Below the pieces are notes generated by a model that saw only the letters and a program-made list of their open reading frames with translations, did not search any database and was not told where the DNA came from. The position numbers were made by a program, and so were the translations under genes. A stretch of 14,736 nt of DNA from a virus: positions 1 through 14,736 of IMG/VR virus record IMGVR_UViG_3300045988_182297. One strand, written 5' to 3'. Shown piece by piece: positions 7,159 to 14,736 of this stretch (positions are counted from its first letter, which is position 1; each line of letters begins with the position of its first letter).

Positions 7159-7166
7159 GTGATATT

Positions 7167-7760
7167 ATGGCAAATACTGTAAGAAATATTGCACCTTTTA
7201 TAAATGATGTATTTTCAATTAGTAGTGAGTGGTGGAAAGTAAGAGAAGACCCAATTACACATGAAATTGAAATACATAGAGGTTTAGATATTACAACAGG
7301 AATATCTAAACCTGTTTATTCAATGTTAACAGGTATTGTACATAGTAAAGGAACAGATGAAGGTCAAGGTAATTGGATTGTTATAAAAGATAATAATCCA
7401 TCATCACAATTTTATGGTTATGCAACTTTATATATGCATCTTGCACAACCTAGTGATTTAAATGTAAATGACCCTGTTGTTGCAGGTCAATATGTTGCAA
7501 TGGAGGGTACAACAGGGCATAGTACAGGAATACACCTACATGTTGAAATGCAAGATTTAAACAGATTTAATAATCAGTGGCATTGGTCGTATACTAAAAG
7601 TGATTATATAGACCCTACACAATTTATGGGTATTGATAATATTGCAGGTACATCATGGCTATATGATGGTACACCATATGTACCTACTAAAAGGAAAAAA
7701 GTTAAATTTCCTTGGGTACTTTATGCAAGAAAAATAAGAGATAAATCACATATAAAATAA
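7167..7760 (+). CDS. Second M23-family peptidase, possibly a virion-associated (gp13-like) peptidoglycan hydrolase
   Basis: 197 aa with 'IHRGLDI' and 'TGHSTGIHLHVEM', so the metal-binding H..xD and HxH positions look intact. No recognisable wall-binding repeats. Confidence 0.8.
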   Translation: MANTVRNIAPFINDVFSISSEWWKVREDPITHEIEIHRGLDITTGISKPVYSMLTGIVHSKGTDEGQGNWIVIKDNNPSSQFYGYATLYMHLAQPSDLNVNDPVVAGQYVAMEGTTGHSTGIHLHVEMQDLNRFNNQWHWSYTKSDYIDPTQFMGIDNIAGTSWLYDGTPYVPTKRKKVKFPWVLYARKIRDKSHIK

Positions 7761-7790
7761 AAAGTCAAGTAATATCTTGATTTTTTATTT
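7757..7790 (+). terminator. Rho-independent terminator after the second M23 gene
   Basis: ATAAAAAGTCAAG (7757-7769), 6-nt loop TAATAT, CTTGATTTTTTAT (7776-7788); 13 bp with one G-U and a T-run. Confidence 0.75.
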
Positions 7791-7805
7791 ATTATTTTAT
7801 ATAAT
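7777..7805 (+). promoter_or_regulatory. Candidate late promoter embedded in the terminator's 3' arm
   Basis: TTGATT (7777-7782), exactly 17 nt, TATAAT (7800-7805), followed by GAAAGGAG and ATG 7831. Confidence 0.6.
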
Positions 7806-7830
7806 TATTATAGAAAGGAGATTGATAATC

Positions 7831-8166
7831 ATGATGAGTTATGAAGAACTTGAAACACTAGTGAATGCTATTCGTGAAAAAATTGGCGAAGATGCAAGTG
7901 CAATGGTAAGTGAAGATTTACTTAATATCGTATCAAATTATAAACTTGGTATTGATGAAGTAGAAAAACTTACAGGTGAAGTTGACAGTTTAAAAGCAGA
8001 AAAAGATGAACTTTTAAAAGTCAATGGTAAATTATTTCAAAAAGTAGGTTTTGAAAAAGAAGTTGTTGAAGATGAAATAATTGAAAAACATGAAGATGAA
8101 AAAACTGCAGATGAAATAATTGATGATTTAATTGATGAAAGGGGTGAAATTAAAGATGGCGAGTAA
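7831..8166 (+). CDS. phi29 gp7-like scaffolding protein
   Basis: Real start ATG 7831 after GAAAGGAG. Central pattern 'VEKLTGEVDSLKAEKDELLKVNGKLFQKVGF' resembles the gp7 coiled coil (...[20 protein letters not shown]...). Acidic tail, directly upstream of the capsid gene. Confidence 0.8.
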   Translation: MMSYEELETLVNAIREKIGEDASAMVSEDLLNIVSNYKLGIDEVEKLTGEVDSLKAEKDELLKVNGKLFQKVGFEKEVVEDEIIEKHEDEKTADEIIDDLIDERGEIKDGE

Positions 8167-9442
8167 AAACACAGTAAAAGCAATTAATACTTTTAATGCA
8201 GTAAGAAGTTTGTCTACAAAGTCATTTAGGGAAATTGTACCTAATGCAACAGAACAAAATATTAGTGCAATTGCAAATATATTATTAAATGATGCATACC
8301 AACCTCAATTAAATGAGTTTATTACTAACTTAATTAATAGAATAGGTTTAACAATTGTTAGAAATAAATCATTTAATAACCCACTTGCAATGTTTAAAAA
8401 AGGAAGTGTACCACTAGGTACAGATATTCAAGATATTTATACTAACCCTGCAGAAGAACAAGAGTATGAATATTCTAATGAGGCAATGGCAAAATTATTA
8501 ACTGTTAATGACCCTGATACACATGTTGCATATTATCGTAGAAATCGTAAAGGATTATATGAAAAAACAATTGGCATGGAATTATTACAAGGTGCATTTG
8601 TTTCATGGGATAAATTCAATGAAATGGTAACATCAATTACTAACTCTTTATATAGTGGTAACTATATTGATGAATTTAGATACACAAAAATGCTAGTTGA
8701 TGGTGCATATGATAATAATAAAGTTATTGTTGAAACTGTAAGTGCAGTACAAGACCAATCCACTGCAAAAGCATTTTTGAAAAAATGTCGTGCATTATAT
8801 AATAAGATGGCAATGCCTTCTAAAAATTACAATGCATATAGTAAGTTTAGTGGTGCTAAAGGTGACATTACTACATGGACAGACCCTGAAAGAATAGTTG
8901 TTATTGTTAGTGCAGATGTTATGGCAGAAGTTGATGTTGAAGCACTTGCAAGTGCATTTAATATTGACAAGAGTGACTTCATGGGTAGAGTAATTACTAT
9001 TGATGAGTTTGATAACCCTGAAATTCAAGCAGTAATATGTGATGAAAGTTGGTTGCAAATCTATGATAGTATTTTCACGATGAAAACATTTGAAAACGGT
9101 AGAACATTATCATGGAAATATATGTTACATGCATGGCAAACATATGCAATATGTCCATTTGCTAATGCAGTATGTCTTGCAACTGCAGAACCTAAACCTG
9201 CAACTGCAATTAGTGTAGCAGATACAAGTGTTGTTGTTGATGCAACTGCAACACCTACTGTAACATTAACACCTGCAGATGCAACTACTGATTTAACATA
9301 TTCATCAAGTGATGAAACTGTATTTACTGTAAGTGATTTAGGTGTTGTAACAGGTGTTAGTGCAGGAACAGGCACATTAACTGTATATACTGATAATGGA
9401 CTTTCTGCAACTGCAACTATTACTGTTACATCAGGTGAATAA
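8156..9442 (+). CDS. Major capsid protein (gp8-like) with C-terminal BIG2 Ig-like domain
   Basis: Real start ATG 8156 (MASKNTVKAINTFNAVRSLSTKSFREIVPNAT) after AAAGGGG. C-terminus 'VTLTPADATTDLTYSSSDETVFTVSDLGVVTGVSAGTGTLTVYT' is a typical BIG2 pattern. Position follows the scaffold gene. Confidence 0.92.
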   Translation: MASKNTVKAINTFNAVRSLSTKSFREIVPNATEQNISAIANILLNDAYQPQLNEFITNLINRIGLTIVRNKSFNNPLAMFKKGSVPLGTDIQDIYTNPAEEQEYEYSNEAMAKLLTVNDPDTHVAYYRRNRKGLYEKTIGMELLQGAFVSWDKFNEMVTSITNSLYSGNYIDEFRYTKMLVDGAYDNNKVIVETVSAVQDQSTAKAFLKKCRALYNKMAMPSKNYNAYSKFSGAKGDITTWTDPERIVVIVSADVMAEVDVEALASAFNIDKSDFMGRVITIDEFDNPEIQAVICDESWLQIYDSIFTMKTFENGRTLSWKYMLHAWQTYAICPFANAVCLATAEPKPATAISVADTSVVVDATATPTVTLTPADATTDLTYSSSDETVFTVSDLGVVTGVSAGTGTLTVYTDNGLSATATITVTSGE

Positions 9443-9475
9443 TAAAAGGTTGCAAAAAGCAACCTTTTAATTTTT
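9443..9475 (+). terminator. Rho-independent terminator after the capsid gene
   Basis: TAAAAGGTTGC (9443-9453), AAAAA loop, GCAACCTTTTA (9459-9469), then ATTTTT; perfect 11-bp stem. Confidence 0.93.
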
Positions 9476-9510
9476 ATAATTTAATATTAAAAATTGAATA
9501 AAAATTGTAA

Positions 9511-9543
9511 AAATGCACAATAAATTAGAAAAATAGTGCATTT
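9511..9543 (+). other. Leader stem-loop upstream of the tail knob gene
   Basis: AAATGCAC (9511-9518) / GTGCATTT (9536-9543), 17-nt loop, just upstream of the GAAAGGAAAG RBS. Confidence 0.5.
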
Positions 9544-9564
9544 ATAAGAAAGGAAAGTGATAAT

Positions 9565-11181
9565 ATGATAAGTGTAACACCACAAGGGCAAGTTTACCTA
9601 TGTAAAACACCACTTGAAAATGATTATAAAAATCAATTAACATTTTCAAATAAAACAAATCAATTAAATTATTTCAATTCTACTATACAAAAATCTTTTA
9701 ATGAATATACCTATATTAAAAAAGATAATGTAATTAAAGTAAGTGAAAATATTGACAAAATAAGAAGTTGTAATTATTTATTTTATAGAAACAACGGATT
9801 TACAGATGAAAATGGTAATGTAAGAATATTTTATTGTTTTATAACTAATATGGAATATATTAATGAAAATGCAACTGCAATTACATTTGAAACTGATGTA
9901 TTTCAAACATGGCAGTTTGATATTCAATATAAAAGATGTTTTATTGAAAGAGAACATGTTAATGATGATACAATAGGAATACATACAATACCTGAAAATC
10001 TTGAAACAGGTGATTATGTAAGTATTGGAAATACCAAAGTAACAATGATAAATAATCCTAGTGATTTTTATATATGCATGGGTGTAACTGAATTACCTGA
10101 TGAAAGTGTACCTGCATATTCTAATCATCGTACATACAATGGTGTTTTTGGTGGTCTTTATTATCTTGCATTTACTACACCTGCAAATTGTGAAAATGCA
10201 ATTAAAATATATGATAAAGTCGGTAAAGCAGATGCAATCAATTGTTTATTTATGATACCAAAAACAATGTCAAGTATAACTGATGGCGAAAGTCATACAT
10301 GGACATTAAACAATATTTCATGTACATTAATATATCTTGATGGAAGTGATGAGGCAGATACTATTGGTAATTTAACTGCAATACAACCTACTACACTTGC
10401 TAATAATTACACACCAAAAAATAATAAATTGTTTACATACCCTTTTAGTTTTATGAATTTTACAAATAATAGTGGTAATGTAACACCATTTAGATATGAA
10501 GATTTTGATTTTGATGAAACAACAGGTGAAAGGGCAATTGGTTTTTGGATTGATGCATGTATTACACCGGGTATGAGTATGAAAGCAATACCGTTATTTT
10601 ATAAAAATATTAATATAAATTATGGATATGGTGTTATGGGTGGTAAACTTCCTGTTTGTTCTTGGAATAGTGATGTATATTTAAATTGGTTAACACAAAA
10701 TGGTTTAAATGTTGCACTTGATGTTGCAGGTGGACTTGTTGGAACTGCAACAGGTATTGCATCAGGTAATGTTGGTGGTGCATTAAGTGGTATAACAGGT
10801 ATATTCAATGCATTACATCAAGTATATATTGCAGATTTAACACCTAATCAAGCAAAAGGAAATACTAACAGTGGTGATGTTAATTTTAGTGAAACACTTG
10901 ATGGTGGATTTACTTTATATTATATGAGTATTAAACCTGAATATGCTAAAATAATTGATGATTATTTTTCAATGTTTGGTTATAAAATAAATGAAGTAAA
11001 ATATCCTAACATCACAGGTCGCACAAATTGGAACTATGTAAAAACTATTGATTGTAATTTTGATGGAGATATACCACAAAGTGATTTAAATATTATTAAA
11101 ACAATGTTTAATAATGGTGTTACTTTATGGCATAGTCCTGCATCAATTTACAATTATGCTTTAAATAATAATATTGTATAG
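9565..11181 (+). CDS. phi29 gp9-like tail knob / distal tube protein
   Basis: 538 aa; internal glycine/alanine-rich hydrophobic segment 'LDVAGGLVGTATGIASGNVGGALSGITGIFNAL' and C-terminal 'GRTNWNYVKTIDCNFDGDIPQSDLNIIKTMFNNGVTLWH' typical of gp9 homologues. Confidence 0.92.
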   Translation: MISVTPQGQVYLCKTPLENDYKNQLTFSNKTNQLNYFNSTIQKSFNEYTYIKKDNVIKVSENIDKIRSCNYLFYRNNGFTDENGNVRIFYCFITNMEYINENATAITFETDVFQTWQFDIQYKRCFIEREHVNDDTIGIHTIPENLETGDYVSIGNTKVTMINNPSDFYICMGVTELPDESVPAYSNHRTYNGVFGGLYYLAFTTPANCENAIKIYDKVGKADAINCLFMIPKTMSSITDGESHTWTLNNISCTLIYLDGSDEADTIGNLTAIQPTTLANNYTPKNNKLFTYPFSFMNFTNNSGNVTPFRYEDFDFDETTGERAIGFWIDACITPGMSMKAIPLFYKNININYGYGVMGGKLPVCSWNSDVYLNWLTQNGLNVALDVAGGLVGTATGIASGNVGGALSGITGIFNALHQVYIADLTPNQAKGNTNSGDVNFSETLDGGFTLYYMSIKPEYAKIIDDYFSMFGYKINEVKYPNITGRTNWNYVKTIDCNFDGDIPQSDLNIIKTMFNNGVTLWHSPASIYNYALNNNIV

Positions 11182-11195
11182 AAAGGATTGATAAA

Positions 11196-12098
11196 ATGAA
11201 TAATATAAAAGAAACAGACCTTGCAATGCTTATAAATAATGATACATATACTGATTATCTAATGAGATTAAGACTTATTGCAACAAGTTTATTTACTTGG
11301 AAAAATCTTGATGATTATGCAGGTTATGGTGCATCAAGATTTTTGGAACAATCGCTTTATGATTTTGGTCGTGCATGTTTTATAAAAGATAGTGAACTTG
11401 GTTATATGGCATTAAGAGTTAATCCTAGTGATAAATTAAATATATATGAATTACCTGTTAGAGTAACTGCATGGTCAATTGGTTATACAAAAGATATGGC
11501 ATTTGATGAAGTTGTATACATTATGAATAATGAATTACAATTACCTACATCAAATACCTTAAGATTAATGGCATATAGATTATATGAAACTGAAAGAACA
11601 ATTGATACAAATTTAAATGCCCAAAAGACACCTGTATTAATTGAGGGTGATACAAAAACAATACTAACTTTAAAACAAATATATATGCAATACAGTGGAA
11701 ATATACCATTTATTTTTGGAAATAAACAATATGACATATCAAATAGATTAAATGTTCTTAAAACAGATGCACCATATTTAATTGACAAACTTGAACTACA
11801 CAAACATGAAATATGGAACGAGGCAATGACATACTTGGGTATTGATAATGCAAATACAGATAAAAAAGAAAGACTAATTACAGATGAAGTTGAAAGTAAT
11901 AATGAACTTATAAATTATTATCTTAATTGCTTTTATAAAACAAGAAAAAAGGCATGTGATGAAATAAATTATAGATATAATCTTGATATTGAAATTGAAC
12001 TTAATAAAGATGTACTTGACTTGTTAAATACTACTGAAAGTGATATAATTAATTATGATAGGGGTGATAATGATGGCAAAGTATACAACGACAATTAA
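11196..12098 (+). CDS. phi29 gp10-like portal (upper collar/connector) protein
   Basis: 300 aa; 'NLNAQKTPVLIEGDTKTILTLKQIYMQYSGNIPFIFGNK' is characteristic. RBS GAAAGGATTGAT. Confidence 0.92.
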   Translation: MNNIKETDLAMLINNDTYTDYLMRLRLIATSLFTWKNLDDYAGYGASRFLEQSLYDFGRACFIKDSELGYMALRVNPSDKLNIYELPVRVTAWSIGYTKDMAFDEVVYIMNNELQLPTSNTLRLMAYRLYETERTIDTNLNAQKTPVLIEGDTKTILTLKQIYMQYSGNIPFIFGNKQYDISNRLNVLKTDAPYLIDKLELHKHEIWNEAMTYLGIDNANTDKKERLITDEVESNNELINYYLNCFYKTRKKACDEINYRYNLDIEIELNKDVLDLLNTTESDIINYDRGDNDGKVYNDN

Positions 12099-12681
12099 AA
12101 CTTTAATTGACCACAATTTTGATTTTGGATTAAATAATTATCCTATTTTTGATGAAAATTATCGTGATACACTTAATCACAATATTTTATACCACTTTTA
12201 TGAAAATGAAATTGGTTTTGAAACTGCAAATTTATTTAAATTATATTTAAATCAAAAATTAAATGAAATAATGCCAAAATATAATGAAATGTATAAAGCA
12301 CAAAAAATAATACTTACAAATTTAACAGGTAATGTAAATTTAACTGAAACCCTAAAACGAGATACATCATCAAATACTAATGCATCAAGTAATAGTTTAA
12401 ATAATGGTAAAAACACATTTCTTGATACACCACAAGGTGATGAATATAAAGGTGAAATGGAAGATACCAATTATGCAACAACAGTGTCATTTAATAGAAA
12501 CAATATAAATGACACATCATCAATGCAAGGTACAGGTGTTGAAAATTATATTAAAACTATTATTGGAAATAATGGAAATAAATATAATATAGATATATTA
12601 TATGATATACAAAATAAATTAGTTAATATTGATTTATTAATAATTAATGAATTAAATGACTTATTTATGCAAATATATTAA
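12070..12681 (+). CDS. phi29 gp11-like lower collar (connector) protein
   Basis: Tandem ATGs at 12070 and 12073 after AGGGGTGATA. 'YPIFDENYRDTLNHNILYHFYENEIGFETANLFKLYLNQKLNEIMPKYNEMY' typical of lower collar proteins; follows the portal gene. Confidence 0.9.
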   Translation: MMAKYTTTIKTLIDHNFDFGLNNYPIFDENYRDTLNHNILYHFYENEIGFETANLFKLYLNQKLNEIMPKYNEMYKAQKIILTNLTGNVNLTETLKRDTSSNTNASSNSLNNGKNTFLDTPQGDEYKGEMEDTNYATTVSFNRNNINDTSSMQGTGVENYIKTIIGNNGNKYNIDILYDIQNKLVNIDLLIINELNDLFMQIY

Positions 12682-12699
12682 TGAAAGGAAAGTGATAAA

Positions 12700-12957
12700 A
12701 TGGAAAAAGTAAATAAAGCATGTATGTGTTATACTGCAAAAGTTATACCTCTTGCATTTGATGAAAGTATGTCTTATTATGAACAATTATGTAAACTTAC
12801 TGCTAAAATGAACGAATTAATAAGTTTTGCAAACAATGAACTAGAGGAACAACTTAAAGAATATATAAATCAAGAATTTAATAATATGATGGTAGATAGC
12901 ATGTATGATGCAGAAACAGAAACATTAATATTATATTTAAGAAAGGAAGATGAATAA
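12700..12957 (+). CDS. Hypothetical late protein (85 aa)
   Basis: RBS GAAAGGAAAGTGAT, stop overlaps the next start as TAATG. MEKVNKACMCYTAKVIPLAFDESMSYYEQLCKLTAKMNELI... Confidence 0.75.
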   Translation: MEKVNKACMCYTAKVIPLAFDESMSYYEQLCKLTAKMNELISFANNELEEQLKEYINQEFNNMMVDSMYDAETETLILYLRKEDE

Positions 12958-13196
12958 TGGCAGATATTAGTAAACTAAAAGTGGGTGTAAATACATATGA
13001 TATAAAAGACCCTACTGCAAGAAACACTGCAAATAATGCAGATAGTAATGCAAGTCAAGCAATTCTTGACAGTGCACAGGCAATAACAAAAATTGATGGT
13101 GCAAAAGTAATTGGTACATATACTGCAGGTACTGAAACACTTGAAGTATCTCTTGAAATAGGTAGTGTACAATCTAATCAAGGTGGTGGTGAATAA
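12957..13196 (+). CDS. Small structural-like protein sharing the N-terminal module of the appendage protein
   Basis: 79 aa 'MADISKLKVGVNTYDIKDPTAR...', parallel to 'MADISKIQIENGIYNLKDNYLR' at the start of the next ORF. Short N/A/S-rich linker. Confidence 0.7.
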   Translation: MADISKLKVGVNTYDIKDPTARNTANNADSNASQAILDSAQAITKIDGAKVIGTYTAGTETLEVSLEIGSVQSNQGGGE

Positions 13197-14689
13197 TGGC
13201 AGATATTAGTAAAATACAAATTGAAAATGGTATATATAATTTAAAAGATAATTACTTGCGACTTCAAAGTAATAAATCATATAATAATGTTAATGCAATG
13301 AAAAGTGATACAAATATCATTGAAAACAATATTGTATCTACACTTGGATTTTATGATTTAAATGATGGTGGTGGTGCTTATTATAAAATAAGAACTATTA
13401 CAAATAATGATACAATTGATGAAAAATTTTTATTAAGTTTAAGTGATAATACACTGCTTGCAGAATTAATTTATTACAAAGATTTAAATATTAAACAAAT
13501 TGGTGCAAAAGGTAATAATACTGATGATGATAGTAGTTATTTACAAAGTGCAATCAATAAACTAGCAACAAATGGTGGTAACATTATTTTTCCTAATGCA
13601 ATTTATTTATTTAATAATCCAATTACAATTCCTGATAACAATAGTGCAATTACAATAAAAGGTAACAATTCAAGTTTTAATGTTATATTAAGTCAAAACG
13701 GAACTTTTATGACATGTAAATCTACATCAAATTATATAAGAATAGCATTTAATGATTTAAAAATTATAAATAATAGTGATAATAGTATACAAGTAAATGG
13801 TATTGAATTTCAAAAAGTAACAGAAGAAACACCAATAAATAATGTTAGAATAAATGGATTTTATAATAATATATCATTTAAAAATTGTTGGAATTTAACT
13901 ATAAATAAATTAGTAAGTATTAATGCAACCCATGATGGTTTACATTGTGAAGATGTAACTAATGCATTTAATTTTAATAGTTGTATATTTATAAATAATG
14001 AAAATTTTAATATTCTGCTTGAAGGTAGAGGTCATATATTTAACTGTTGTGATTTATCAATATATAAGACTAATTCAAAAAACAAATTAATTGGTTGTCA
14101 TGGTGTATGTTTTAATGGTTGTTATTATGAAGAAGGAAAAGGAAATAGTCCTATAAATCCATTTTTAATACAAGCATGCAGAGGTGTAAGTTTTAACGGT
14201 TGTTATTTTGAAATTAGAAGTACGGCAGAAAATTACAAACTAATAGATTTTTATAATAGTTTTGGTAATGCTATTATTAGTTGTGCTTTTAGAAGTAATA
14301 CAACACAAGACCCAACGGCTTATTTATTATATTTAAGAGAAGGTGCTAATGCATCAATAATAAATAATGATTTTAGAAATTCTAACAAAGTATGCTATGT
14401 ACATAATAGTCAAATATCAGTTGATAATAATAAACTTGAAAGTGTAACATGTTTTATAACACAAAACAATCATGTGTATGCTAGAATAACAGGAAATCTA
14501 CAGTCTGATAGTGATTATACAAACTCTGTTCTTCCTCATAAAGAAGTAGTGCATTTAATAATTAACAATATTGCAAGTTATGGTAATACAGCAAGTAGAC
14601 CTACAGGATATTATGCCGGACAACAATACTATAATACACAAACAAATCATTTAGATATTTACAATGGTAGTAATTGGATAACCTCTTAA
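13196..14689 (+). CDS. Pre-neck appendage / tail spike with a pectate-lyase-like beta-helix
   Basis: 497 aa; 'NIKQIGAKGNNTDDDSSYLQSAINKLATNGGNIIFPNAIYLFNNPITIPDNNSAITIKG' is the usual entry of a pectate_lyase_3 beta-helix, followed by repeated N/G-rich rungs. Confidence 0.88.
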   Translation: MADISKIQIENGIYNLKDNYLRLQSNKSYNNVNAMKSDTNIIENNIVSTLGFYDLNDGGGAYYKIRTITNNDTIDEKFLLSLSDNTLLAELIYYKDLNIKQIGAKGNNTDDDSSYLQSAINKLATNGGNIIFPNAIYLFNNPITIPDNNSAITIKGNNSSFNVILSQNGTFMTCKSTSNYIRIAFNDLKIINNSDNSIQVNGIEFQKVTEETPINNVRINGFYNNISFKNCWNLTINKLVSINATHDGLHCEDVTNAFNFNSCIFINNENFNILLEGRGHIFNCCDLSIYKTNSKNKLIGCHGVCFNGCYYEEGKGNSPINPFLIQACRGVSFNGCYFEIRSTAENYKLIDFYNSFGNAIISCAFRSNTTQDPTAYLLYLREGANASIINNDFRNSNKVCYVHNSQISVDNNKLESVTCFITQNNHVYARITGNLQSDSDYTNSVLPHKEVVHLIINNIASYGNTASRPTGYYAGQQYYNTQTNHLDIYNGSNWITS

Positions 14690-14736
14690 AAGTGTAAACC
14701 TAAAAATTATAAAGTGTAAAGTAAAATTCTCTAATG
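14678..14736. repeat. Right inverted terminal repeat, truncated by the window/contig end
   Basis: Exact 59/59 reverse complement of 86-144. The repeat overlaps the last codons (ATA ACC TCT TAA) of the appendage gene. Confidence 0.95.

Noticed and set aside
8156-9442. Ig-like (BIG2) domain in the capsid as a novel host-adhesion decoration
   Set aside because: phi29 gp8 already carries a C-terminal BIG2-fold domain, so this is expected for the family.
8795-9462. Minus-strand ORFs at 8795..9058 and 9061..9462
   Set aside because: Antisense to the capsid gene. The second spans the terminator hairpin and is a Val/Thr-rich mirror of the BIG2 repeats.
9778-10808. Minus-strand ORFs at 9778..9984 and 10620..10808
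   Set aside because: Shadows of the gp9-like gene, with no independent support.
11483-13181. Minus-strand ORFs at 11483..11803, 12252..12470 and 12975..13181
   Set aside because: Antisense to portal, lower collar and adaptor-like genes, with no transcriptional context on that strand and low-complexity predicted proteins.
1-14736. Alternative genetic code (TGA or TAG reassignment)
   Set aside because: All core genes are full length under the standard code, with sensible starts and TAA/TAG/TGA stops. No in-frame readthrough is needed.
1-14736. tRNA genes, integrase/repressor, or known defence or anti-CRISPR genes
   Set aside because: No recognisable cloverleaf, recombinase or HTH repressor signature was found by eye. 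Running tRNAscan-SE and profile searches would be decisive.

Overview
The window looks like a nearly complete linear genome of a small, AT-rich, phi29-like podovirus with protein-primed replication, probably infecting a Gram-positive (Firmicutes-type) host. The main evidence is: (i) a perfect 59-bp inverted terminal repeat (86-144 vs 14678-14736), with the right copy running off the window end; (ii) adjacent terminal-protein candidate and protein-primed family B DNA polymerase genes; (iii) a gp16-like packaging ATPase alone on the minus strand at the left end; (iv) a gp7-like scaffold, a BIG2-containing capsid protein, a gp9-like tail tube/knob, a gp10-like portal, a gp11-like lower collar and a beta-helix appendage; (v) a holin plus two consecutive M23 peptidase genes. 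The small early proteins are mostly unassigned. The most interesting non-coding signals are a 22-bp-periodic TTTACAC motif in the ITR, a tandem 12-bp repeat over the early promoter, a fused terminator/promoter module upstream of the scaffold gene, a perfect 13-bp hairpin across the stop codon of the SSB-like gene, overlapping hairpins at 2138-2186, and the structured divergent region 1204-1507, which could hold a packaging RNA. I see no CRISPR array, tRNA, integrase or defence island. The only 'new system' candidates are the uncharacterised early small ORFs and the terminal/regulatory DNA, and these are inferences.
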